Positions 1 to 8,013 of a stretch of DNA of 16,009 nt are shown piece after piece. Below the pieces are notes generated by a model. It was not told the origin of the DNA. It did not search any database and saw only the letters and a program-made list of their open reading frames with translations. Source of the stretch: Myxococcales bacterium (GTDB taxonomy: Bacteria; Myxococcota_A; UBA9042); contig JBBISH010000136.1 of the NCBI GenBank assembly GCA_037441385.1, forward strand, positions 1-16,009, given 5' to 3'. The number at the start of each line of letters is the position of its first letter. Positions within the stretch are counted from its first letter, which is position 1. Made by a program: the position numbers and the translations under genes.

Positions 1-2
1 CC

Positions 3-1412
3 GACATCAACGAATGCGCCACCAACAACGGCGGTTGCGACCCCGCGGCCGTGTGCGCCAACACCGCCGGCAGCTTCACCTGCACCTGCAAGCCCGGCTA
101 CACCGGCAACGGCCTGACCTGCACCGACAACAACGAATGCACCAACGGCACCGCCAAATGTGCCACTGGTACGGCCACTTGCACCAACACGCCGGGCAGC
201 TTCACCTGCACCTGCAACACCGGCTACCAGGGCGACGGCTTGACCTGCACCGACATCGATGAATGCCCGCCGATCAACTGGCAGTGGAGCTTCTTGAAGA
301 ACGGCTTCACCTCGTGGGTCCTGGATCCGCCGGCCGTGACCGGAAGCGACGTGGGCTGGAAGCAGCAGGGCAACGACCTGTATTACGGCAACGCCGCGGG
401 CACCAGCTTTGACACCCCCGGCGCCAAGAACCAGGGCAACGCCACCGGGCCGATGATCACCTTTACCAACCACCCGCAGCACCGGCTCACCTTTGACCTC
501 TGGATGCAGACAGAGCCGGGCAGTTTCGACAACCTCATCGTGTACGTGGTCGTGGGCGGCCAGCCCATCGCCGTCTGGAACAAGTCGCAAAAGGCCATCA
601 CCATGGGCGCTTGGCAAACCATCACGGTCATGATGCCGGGCTATGCCGGCAAGCAGGGCCAACTGCGCTTCTACTTCGACACGATCGACGCCATCGGCAA
701 CACCACGGCCGGCGTGCGCATCAACAACATCAAGCTGCAGGGCGCCGGTTCGCCGTGCGACGCCAACGCGACCTGCACCAACACCATCGGCTCGTACCAA
801 TGCGCCTGCACCGCCGGCTTCACTGGCGACGGCAAGAAGTGCGTCGCGATCGGCAGCGCACCGACCGCCCCGGCGCAAAACTGCCAAGATATGCAGACCT
901 ACGGCAGTCCGGCCGGCACCTTCTGGCTGGCCACCCCGGCGGGGCCCGCGCAATTCTACTGCGAGTACGGCTGGGCCCGGCTCAGCCTGGACACGTTTGA
1001 AGGTTCGCCAGGCGGCTGGACGCCGGCACAGCTTTCGGCTTGCGGCGCATTTGGCAACATGCTCGGCGGCGCGAACGTGGCCGGAGCCGGCGCGGTGTAC
1101 ACGCAAACCTACGGCTCGATGCCGGCGCACTCCCAGACGCGCATCACCGCCAGCTACTTCGCCATCGACACCTGGGACGGCGAGAAAGCCTGGCTCAAGG
1201 TCGACGGCGCGGTCGCGTGGTCGCAGCCGTTCACCCAGATCACCACGAACAACCAATGCGGCGCCACGGCCTATGGCGAGCAGTCGGCCTACCTGCAGCC
1301 CATCACGCCGCACACGGCCCCCAAGCTGACCGTGCAGTTCGGCTCAGACCTGAACGAGCCCGCGAGCAACGAGGCCTTTGGCGTCGACAACGTGACGGTG
1401 TGGGTGCAATAG
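3..1412 (+). CDS. Multidomain Cys-rich extracellular protein, 5'-partial: tandem calcium-binding EGF-like repeats, inserted beta-sandwich domain, fibrinogen/NEC-like segment and C-terminal beta-rich domain
   Basis: The frame is open from base 3 (DINECATNNGGCDPAAVCANTAGSFTCTCKPGYTGNGLTC), so the GTG at 51 is not the true start. cbEGF consensus D-I/N-D/N-E-C...C-x-N-T-x-G-S-F/Y-x-C-x-C-x-x-G-Y/F-x-G-D/N-G-x-x-C is repeated. Strong GC3 bias. TAG stop at 1410-1412. Confidence 0.88.
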   Translation, partial: DINECATNNGGCDPAAVCANTAGSFTCTCKPGYTGNGLTCTDNNECTNGTAKCATGTATCTNTPGSFTCTCNTGYQGDGLTCTDIDECPPINWQWSFLKNGFTSWVLDPPAVTGSDVGWKQQGNDLYYGNAAGTSFDTPGAKNQGNATGPMITFTNHPQHRLTFDLWMQTEPGSFDNLIVYVVVGGQPIAVWNKSQKAITMGAWQTITVMMPGYAGKQGQLRFYFDTIDAIGNTTAGVRINNIKLQGAGSPCDANATCTNTIGSYQCACTAGFTGDGKKCVAIGSAPTAPAQNCQDMQTYGSPAGTFWLATPAGPAQFYCEYGWARLSLDTFEGSPGGWTPAQLSACGAFGNMLGGANVAGAGAVYTQTYGSMPAHSQTRITASYFAIDTWDGEKAWLKVDGAVAWSQPFTQITTNNQCGATAYGEQSAYLQPITPHTAPKLTVQFGSDLNEPASNEAFGVDNVTVWVQ

Positions 1413-1414
1413 CC

Positions 1415-1441
1415 AGCACCGGACCGACGGCGGCGGGTGCT
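1415..1441. terminator. Possible stem-loop between convergent genes
   Basis: AGCACC (1415-1420) pairs with GGTGCT (1436-1441), with a possible inner CCG/CGG pair, across the 27-bp gap between two convergent stop codons. There is no U-tract on either strand. Confidence 0.25.
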
Positions 1442-2996
1442 ACATCGGCTCGATCGGCGTCGCCGGATACAGCGCGTCGCGGCGAACGCCTTGTTCGATC
1501 GCCGCCATCAGCGCCAGCACCCGATCCTCGCGGTACGGCCGCGCCACGACCTGAACGCCCACCGGCAGGCCGGTAGCGCCCTTCTCGCTTTCTGCGGCGC
1601 GTCGCTCTAGGCGATCGCCTGCCTTGGCGCGGACTTCCTCGTCCTCGCGGACCCGCGTGACCGGTACCACCCCCGCCGGGAAATTCAGCATCACATAGCG
1701 GAACGCGTACGACAGCGACAAGGTCAGGTCGCCCGAGGTGCCCAGCGGCATCGCCGGCATGCTGTGGGGCGGGCAGATCACTGCGTCCAACCCCAAGTCA
1801 TTCCACGTGTCGAATTCGCGGCGCCGCAGTTGCGTCCGCCGATCGGTCAGGGCCCAGAAATCTGCGACCGGTTTCTGCCCCAAGACGGCAAACAACTTGG
1901 CCAGGCGCCGCTCGCCGCGGGCGCCCAAGAGCTTGCTGACCATCGCCTTGACGGGCCCAGGCATGCGGGCGATGCGCACCGTATCCTTGAGTTGGCGCAC
2001 CACTTGGTCGCTGGCCAAACTCCGCTCCAAGGTCGCGCCGCCATCGGCCGAGATGCCGGCCAGCCAGGTGTACATCAGTTCGGGCTCGGGCGGCGTGAAT
2101 TCCACCACCGAGACGCCGGCTTCGGTCAGCACCTCGCCCGCGCGCCGGACTGCGCGCTGCAGCGCCGGGTTGGCGGCCAAGAAGCCGTCGTCGACGAACA
2201 GGCCCACGCGCAGCCCGTGCAGGTCGACCTGATCCATTCCGGCGTATGGCATCGGCGGCACCGCCGGGTCGCCCAGGCAGGCCAGCTGCGGATCCACCGC
2301 GCGCATCAGCAGATCCAAGTCGGCCACCGTGCGCGCCATCGGCCCCATCTGCGCGCGCACCAACTCTTGGCCGGGAATGCCCGTGGCCGAGCCGCGGTTC
2401 GACCAGCGGTCCACGGTGGGCTTCAGGCCGGCAATGCCACAGAAATGGGCCGGAATTCGAATCGAGCCCCCGATATCTGTGCCGATGCCCAGCGCCGACT
2501 GCCCGCTGGCGATCGCCGCCGCTTCGCCGCCCGAAGAACCGCCGGGACTGCGACCAAGATTCCAGGGGTTGTGGGTGATGCCCCAGACCGCGTTCTCGGT
2601 CTCTTGGGCCAGCAGCAGCTGCGGCACGTTGGTCTTGCCCAGCAAGATGGCGCCTTGTTCGCGCAGTACGCGCACCGTCACGGCGTCGGTCGCAGCCGGT
2701 TTGCCGCGGCGATGGGCCAAGCCCATCGTTGAGTCCAGGCCCTGCACGTCGATGTTTTCTTTGATGGTGACCGGCAAGCCGTGCAACAGGCCGCGGGCTG
2801 TCCCGGCCTTGCGCTCGGCGTCGCATTGCAGCGCCCGGGCGCGGGCCAAGTCGTCCAACTCGACGACGAACGCGCGCACGCGCGGGTCGACCTGGCGGCG
2901 CCGAGCGATCAGCGCCTCCACGATTTGCAGACTGGTGATCTCGCCGCGCTGCAAACGATCGCGGAGCTCGGTGGCACTGAGGAGATGGAGTTCCAT
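1440..2996 (-). CDS. Amidase-signature family enzyme, fatty-acid amide hydrolase (FAAH)-like
   Basis: Ser-cisSer-Lys triad motifs: GLPVTIKEN (Lys), PGGSSGGEAAAIASG, GIGTDIGGSIRIPAHFCGIAGLKPT (nucleophile Ser). C-terminal LNFPAGVVPVTRV and GLPVGVQVVARPYREDRVL resemble FAAH-type amidases. Confidence 0.92.
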   Translation of the reverse strand: MELHLLSATELRDRLQRGEITSLQIVEALIARRRQVDPRVRAFVVELDDLARARALQCDAERKAGTARGLLHGLPVTIKENIDVQGLDSTMGLAHRRGKPAATDAVTVRVLREQGAILLGKTNVPQLLLAQETENAVWGITHNPWNLGRSPGGSSGGEAAAIASGQSALGIGTDIGGSIRIPAHFCGIAGLKPTVDRWSNRGSATGIPGQELVRAQMGPMARTVADLDLLMRAVDPQLACLGDPAVPPMPYAGMDQVDLHGLRVGLFVDDGFLAANPALQRAVRRAGEVLTEAGVSVVEFTPPEPELMYTWLAGISADGGATLERSLASDQVVRQLKDTVRIARMPGPVKAMVSKLLGARGERRLAKLFAVLGQKPVADFWALTDRRTQLRRREFDTWNDLGLDAVICPPHSMPAMPLGTSGDLTLSLSYAFRYVMLNFPAGVVPVTRVREDEEVRAKAGDRLERRAAESEKGATGLPVGVQVVARPYREDRVLALMAAIEQGVRRDALYPATPIEPM

Positions 2997-3005
2997 GCGG
3001 CGAGA

Positions 3006-3761
3006 CTAGGTCACCGCCCCCAAACCCGCAACCCGCCGCAGCCGTGGCCGCAGCCAGGCCACCAGCACTTCGCGGACTTGCGGCAGGCTGGGGCACGGCA
3101 GACCCCGCAGGTCCAGCTCGCGCTGCAGCGACGTCAGCTCCACGCCGCCCAGCCCGCACGGCACCATCGCCGCAAAGGTGGGCAAGTGCGGGTTCACGTT
3201 CAGGGCCAGCCCGTGCTGGCTCCAGCCGCGCTGCACGCCCACGCCAAGGCTCATGATCTTGCGCTGTTCGGTCACCCAGACGCCCGCCTTGCCCGGCACT
3301 GCAAAAGTCGGCAGGCCCAATTGGCTACAGGTGGCGATGGTCGCCTCTTCGAGCAGGCGCGCGTACGCCGGCAAGTCGCCCAAGGGGCCGCGGCCGATCG
3401 GCGGCTCCAAGCTGGGCAAGTGCACCACCGGGTAGACGACCAGTTGCCCGGGCGCGTGCATCGTCACTTTGCCGCCGCGGCCCACCTCGACCACGTCCAG
3501 CGGCTGCCATTGCCCTTGCGCATCCTGATATTGCTGGGCCACCAGGCTGTCGCGTCCACCCGCCCGGCCCAAGGTGGCGATCGGCGGATGCTCCACGGCC
3601 AAAATAACGTCCGGCGCCGTCGCCGGTCGCTGGCTCAACTCGTTCATGATGTTCAGGGCTTGTTGGTAGTCGCAGAGTCCACCCGGCGCGTCGGCGGTGG
3701 CAACCCAGACCCGGGGCAGTCCGTCGCGGCTGGGCGGTTCGGGCAGGCAGAACTCGCGCAC
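3006..3761 (-). CDS. lipB: Lipoyl(octanoyl) transferase LipB
   Basis: Motifs EHPPIATLGR, RGGKVTMHAPGQLVVYP, GVWV..RKIMSLGVGV, HGLALNV and catalytic PCGL. GTG start lies 3 nt after the upstream stop codon. Confidence 0.92.
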   Translation of the reverse strand: MREFCLPEPPSRDGLPRVWVATADAPGGLCDYQQALNIMNELSQRPATAPDVILAVEHPPIATLGRAGGRDSLVAQQYQDAQGQWQPLDVVEVGRGGKVTMHAPGQLVVYPVVHLPSLEPPIGRGPLGDLPAYARLLEEATIATCSQLGLPTFAVPGKAGVWVTEQRKIMSLGVGVQRGWSQHGLALNVNPHLPTFAAMVPCGLGGVELTSLQRELDLRGLPCPSLPQVREVLVAWLRPRLRRVAGLGAVT

Positions 3762-3764
3762 GGG

Positions 3765-5156
3765 CTAGCTCAATTCGCGCGACGCAATCAGGCTTTGCAG
3801 CTCCTCGACCGTGGCCATGGGCAGCATCCCGGTGGGCGCAAAGGGGCGCTTGGCCGACGGCAACCGCGAACTGCTGGGGCTGGTGGGCGGCGCTGCGGGA
3901 ACATTCAGCAATTCCAGGACCTTGGGCATCACGCGTTGGCGCGCGCTGGCGATTTGGCGGGCCTTGTACTCCGCATAGGCGGCGCGGCCCGAGGTCGCAG
4001 CCTCGTACGAAGTGATATCCATGACTTGGACTTCGTACGGAAAGAAGAACTGGATCTCGGGCTCGACCCCCACCGTCGACAGCGCCGCGAGCATTTCCGC
4101 CAAGGCCTCGCCTTCCAAGTGCTTGCGCGCCACCGCCTGTGCGTCGGTCAGGCGCGTGAACAGCGGATTTTCAAAGCGGATCATCTGCCGGCACGTGAAC
4201 TGGATCGACCGGTACTTGTCGCTGGAGTACGGATTCCACTCCACCTGCGCCGCACCGCTGGGCTGCTGCACGAACGAGCGAATCGCCTCAACCGTCTCCA
4301 CTTCGCCCAGCTCGCCGGTCTGGTAGCGCAGCAGGCAAGTGCGCACATGGGCGTCGTAGGCCCCCAAGTCCATCAGCGTGTTGCGCGAGCGCGTCGGCTT
4401 GATGTTCGGGTACATGATGGTGTGCTCTTCGCGCAGCGCCCGCACCGCAAACAGGGCATCCACGGGCTTTTCGACGATGATGCGCACCCCGATGTGATCG
4501 AACAGGTCGTAGGCCACGTTCTCTTGCTTTTGCAACAACTTGAGCACCACCGACCGCAGCGGCTTGGTCTCTTTGACCTCAAACCGCCGCAGGGGAACGT
4601 CAAAGCTTTTGGCGTGGAGGTACTGGCTGCCGTCCTCGTCGGTGCGCACCTGCTGTACAAAGCGATCCAAGATGCGCGCGCGGATCTCGCGATAGTAGTT
4701 GTCTTGGAAGTAGTTGACTGCGTGGGCGATCGTGTGCATCACCCGCAGCACTGCGCACGCCCAGGCCATGTCGATGTCGTAGGCGCGCCTCGCATCCACC
4801 GTTGCGCTTTCGCCCGGGCGGCCTTGACCCGCGGCCAGCAGCAGCAAGTCCAAGATCGGCATGGTGTCAAAGGCTTCGGGGATGACCACGCCGTCCAGCC
4901 CGTGGGCCAGCACGCCGCGCACAAAGCCCAGGGCCTCCACGCGAATCCCCTCCACGTCGGCAAGGTGGCTGGGGACGTCCAGATCGTAGCCGTAACGCTT
5001 CAGGAATTCGTGCGCGTCCTGGCGGCCCGTGCCGGCCATCCGTAGGTGCGACAGGTCGATGGCCGAGCGCCCGCTGATGATCGTGTGCATCGTCTCCCAG
5101 CTGAAGACGAAGCGCTGGAGCAGCGGCGGCAGTGGACCCGGACGCCTTGCGATCAT
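3765..5156 (-). CDS. TIGR04552/TIGR04562-like protein with RelA/SpoT-type nucleotidyltransferase motifs
   Basis: N-terminal FSWETMHTIISGRSAID, WACAVLRVMHTIAH, KLLQKQENVAYDLFDHIGVRI, NIKPTRSRNTL, WNPYSSDKYRSIQFTCRQMIR and FFFPYEVQVMD match my recollection of this myxobacterial/Bdellovibrio family. ATG at 5156 has GGGAG 5 nt upstream; the alternative start is GTG at 5162. Confidence 0.78.
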   Translation of the reverse strand: MIARRPGPLPPLLQRFVFSWETMHTIISGRSAIDLSHLRMAGTGRQDAHEFLKRYGYDLDVPSHLADVEGIRVEALGFVRGVLAHGLDGVVIPEAFDTMPILDLLLLAAGQGRPGESATVDARRAYDIDMAWACAVLRVMHTIAHAVNYFQDNYYREIRARILDRFVQQVRTDEDGSQYLHAKSFDVPLRRFEVKETKPLRSVVLKLLQKQENVAYDLFDHIGVRIIVEKPVDALFAVRALREEHTIMYPNIKPTRSRNTLMDLGAYDAHVRTCLLRYQTGELGEVETVEAIRSFVQQPSGAAQVEWNPYSSDKYRSIQFTCRQMIRFENPLFTRLTDAQAVARKHLEGEALAEMLAALSTVGVEPEIQFFFPYEVQVMDITSYEAATSGRAAYAEYKARQIASARQRVMPKVLELLNVPAAPPTSPSSSRLPSAKRPFAPTGMLPMATVEELQSLIASRELS

Positions 5157-5157
5157 T

Positions 5158-5211
5158 GCCACTCCCGAGCCAAGGCCGCCACTCCCGAGCCAAGACTGCC
5201 ACTCCCGAGCC
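5158..5211. repeat. 20-bp tandem direct repeat, about 2.7 copies (core GCCACTCCCGAGCC)
   Basis: GCCACTCCCGAGCCAAGGCC (5158-5177), GCCACTCCCGAGCCAAGACT (5178-5197), GCCACTCCCGAGCC (5198-5211). The 14-bp core is perfect in all three copies. Confidence 0.95.
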
Positions 5212-5416
5212 GAAGTCGATGGACGAGCCCCGTGCGCGACCTATCAGGGTGCGATTGTCGGACGATCCCCGCGCCACGGCAAGGTGCCCACTTGGCACAC
5301 GGCACAAACCCTTCGGGGGCCGCAGTATTCCAAGGTATGGCCCTGGCGCGCGCCGCAGACAGCCCGCAGGCAAACGGTCTTGAACAGGAGCTGTCGGTCT
5401 GCGCTGGACTGGCCGG

Positions 5417-6007
5417 TCAGGCCTCGATCAGCTCCCGCATCAGGTGGTGCGAGTCGATGCCGATGCCCGCCAACGCGCGACTCCACACTTGGTCGGCGTC
5501 GCTGGCGAACAAGAGGTCCAGGTTCGGCTCCGCCGTAAGCCAAGTGCCCTCGGCCATTTCTTTTTCAAGCTGCCCGGGACCCCAGCCGGCGCGCCCCAGG
5601 AATAGGCCGAATTGGCGCGGGCCATGACCCTCGGCCACCTCGCGGAGCAGGCTCATCGACGCCGACAGCCGCAGCCCAGGCACCACTTCCACATCGTGCT
5701 CGTAGCGTTTCTGGCCCTCGTCGCGGTACAGCACCAGCCCGGCCTGCGGGGTGACCGGTCCACCAATCCACACGGGTTGCGCCGCGGCCACGCCCCGGCC
5801 CAGGCCCGCCGCCTGCAGCAGAGTGCTCAGGTCCAACGGCGCGGGCCGGTTGAGCACGATGCCGCCGGTGCCGTCTTCGCCGTGCTCCAGGAGCAGCACC
5901 ACGCTGTGGGCAAAGAAGCCGTCGTCCAGCGCGGGCGCGGCGATGAGTAGGCAGGGCGCTTGCAGCACCGCCGATTGCAGGGGCGCATCCTTGGGTCCAG
6001 CCACCAT
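5417..6007 (-). CDS. YqgE/AlgH family protein (UPF0301/DUF179)
   Basis: LLIAAPALDDGFFAHSVVLLLEH, GGIVLNRP, VWIGGPV and GWGPGQLEKEMAEGTW. GGAG lies upstream of the ATG at 6007. Confidence 0.92.
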   Translation of the reverse strand: MVAGPKDAPLQSAVLQAPCLLIAAPALDDGFFAHSVVLLLEHGEDGTGGIVLNRPAPLDLSTLLQAAGLGRGVAAAQPVWIGGPVTPQAGLVLYRDEGQKRYEHDVEVVPGLRLSASMSLLREVAEGHGPRQFGLFLGRAGWGPGQLEKEMAEGTWLTAEPNLDLLFASDADQVWSRALAGIGIDSHHLMRELIEA

Positions 6008-6090
6008 CCGCTACTCCATGCGGGCCCACTGCCGTGGCCGCTTTTCACAAGATAACGAATGCCGCGCACTTCGCCAGTGCGGCGGCGGGG

Positions 6091-8013
6091 TCAGGTGATC
6101 TCGAATTCGGCGCGGTCGTCGGCGGGTCGCACGTCGGTCGGGCGCAGCGCCAGATGCTCCCCACAGGCCAGACCGCGGCGGCGCAGGGGCACTTCCAGCG
6201 ACAACTCGTCAAGGAACGCCACGCAGCCATTGGGCAAGCTGCGCACCACCGTTGCGGCAATGGGCGTGCGGTGGCCGGCGAGCCACACCAGCTTGAAGTA
6301 CCGCTCGGCCCGCCGCTGCCATTGTCGGCGCAGCGACGCCGTCGCTTCGGCCTGGATCACCCGATCTGTCAGCTCGCTGGCCGTCAGGCTGGGCTGGCCC
6401 CGCAGCGCTGCCGTCAGCTGCCGGTGCCCCAGCAAGTCGGTGTAGCGGCGGAGCGGCGAGGTGACCTGGGCATAGGCCGCCACGCCCATCACCGCGTGTC
6501 CTTTGGGTTGCAGCGCCGTCTGCGCCGGCGACAGGCAGCGCAGCACGGAAAACACATCCTCGGCGCGGGTATACACGCCCGGCGGCAGGGGCGCGTCCTT
6601 GGGTCGCGGTTGATGACGGAAGGGCAACTGCACCCCGCGCTCGCGGGCAAAAGTCGCCGCCACTTCGCCGGCAAGAATCATCAGTTCTGTGATGATGCGC
6701 CGTGCCGTTCCCGACTGGCTGGCATCGCGAAGGCGCACGGGCTGGCCGCGCGGCGCCACGACTTCGCACTCGGGTTTGTACAGCAGATAGGCTCCGTCCG
6801 CGACGCGGCGAGCTTCCAAGCGTTGTGCGACCGCGGCCAATCTGGCCACGTCGGCTGGTGTCTCGGCCGCCGTCAACCACCGGTCGACGTCGTTGTACGA
6901 CCACGCCTGCTCGACTCGCACGCGCATTTCGCGGACCTGGATGGTGCTCAGCCGGCCTTGGCGGTCGACCGTGGCACTGAACACCAAAGCGGGCCGCAGC
7001 TGACCGGGGCCGAGCGACGCCAGCTGCAGGGCCAGCGCCTCGGGCAGCATCGGCACCGTGAAGCGCGGATGGTAGAAGGTGCTTCCGCGGCTCAGCGCCT
7101 CGCGATCGACCTCGCTGTTGGCCGCGAACCACAGCGTGGGGTGGGCAATCGCCACCGTCGCCCGCAACTCGCCCGAGTCGCCCAGGTCCTCGACCGCGAC
7201 CGCATCGTCCACCTCGTGCGGGCAATCGTTGTCGATGGTCACGAGCGGCAGCGCCAGCTCCGGCAGGGATTGGCCCACCAGACCGTCTTCGCCACTCCAC
7301 GGCGGTGGTGGTCGCAGCAGCCCGGCCGCAAACAGGTTCGGATCGTCGTGCCCGTCCCAAAGCTCGGCCTGAATCAGGACTTGTGCGGCGTCGCTGCGCT
7401 GCACGTGGCGCCGGCCCCAAGCTTGGCGCAGCAAGTAGGTGACCCCGTCGTCCCTTTCGTCTGCCAACCAGGCCTCGATCCGCGGCCCCAAGGTGCGCAG
7501 CGGTTCCAGGTCGGTGCGGCGGCCGCCATGGAGGTCGCGGAGGGCTCGAACAGCTGGCTGGAATTCCGCCTCTAGGCTGGCCAACACCTTGGCGCGGCGG
7601 CAGGCGGCTTGGCGCTCGTCGGGCGTCCGCCGCCTCAGCAGCCCGTGCTCCACGGCGTAGCCCGTGCAATCCATCCCGGCCACCAGGAGCAGATCGTCGC
7701 GGTGCTCGGGGGTGTCGCTGCCGTGCAAGAGCGCCGCCAGTTCGCCCGTGCCCAGCGGCTCGTTCAGACCCCAGGCGGTCTCTAGGCCATCGCCTACCCG
7801 CTCGCGGGCCTGCTGCAAGCGCCACAGCGCTCCGGCGCCGTCGTCGGACCGGCAGCTCAGCACGGCGCGCACCTGCGTGCGATCGATGCGCACCGTCTCG
7901 CCCCTGGGCGGCTCTACCACTTCGACGCGCCACCATTGCGGTCGCAGCGCCGTGATCCGACCCAGCACCAGCCGCTCGTCGATCTCGACCAGCACCAGGC
8001 CGCCCGTCACCAT
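6091..8013 (-). CDS. RNB-domain 3'-5' exoribonuclease (RNase II/R family)
   Basis: Catalytic motif TIDNDCPHEVDDA, VAIAHP, EALSRGSTFYHP..VPMLP, ARRIITELMILAG, H..MGVAAYAQVTSPLRRYTDLLGHRQL, and an S1-like C-terminus. The start overlaps the recD2 stop by 7 nt (ATGGTGA). Confidence 0.9.
   Translation of the reverse strand: MVTGGLVLVEIDERLVLGRITALRPQWWRVEVVEPPRGETVRIDRTQVRAVLSCRSDDGAGALWRLQQARERVGDGLETAWGLNEPLGTGELAALLHGSDTPEHRDDLLLVAGMDCTGYAVEHGLLRRRTPDERQAACRRAKVLASLEAEFQPAVRALRDLHGGRRTDLEPLRTLGPRIEAWLADERDDGVTYLLRQAWGRRHVQRSDAAQVLIQAELWDGHDDPNLFAAGLLRPPPPWSGEDGLVGQSLPELALPLVTIDNDCPHEVDDAVAVEDLGDSGELRATVAIAHPTLWFAANSEVDREALSRGSTFYHPRFTVPMLPEALALQLASLGPGQLRPALVFSATVDRQGRLSTIQVREMRVRVEQAWSYNDVDRWLTAAETPADVARLAAVAQRLEARRVADGAYLLYKPECEVVAPRGQPVRLRDASQSGTARRIITELMILAGEVAATFARERGVQLPFRHQPRPKDAPLPPGVYTRAEDVFSVLRCLSPAQTALQPKGHAVMGVAAYAQVTSPLRRYTDLLGHRQLTAALRGQPSLTASELTDRVIQAEATASLRRQWQRRAERYFKLVWLAGHRTPIAATVVRSLPNGCVAFLDELSLEVPLRRRGLACGEHLALRPTDVRPADDRAEFEIT

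Noticed and set aside
2781..5045. 754-aa plus-strand ORF, and similar long ORFs at 6034-7575, 6209-8026, 8583-9782 and 1798-3159
   Set aside because: They overlap well-supported genes in other frames or on the opposite strand, and their Arg/Ala/Gly/Pro-rich composition is typical of non-coding frames in GC-rich DNA.
5158..5211. 20-bp repeats as a mini-CRISPR array
   Set aside because: The units are directly tandem with only ~6 variable bases, there are no spacer-length unique sequences, and no cas genes are nearby.
7201..7239. RNB active site with Glu in place of one Asp (TIDNDCPHEVDDA) as a sign of inactivation
   Set aside because: ExDD variants are common in RNase II-like subfamilies, and the essential Asp (E. 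coli D209 equivalent) and the SPLRRY motif are intact.
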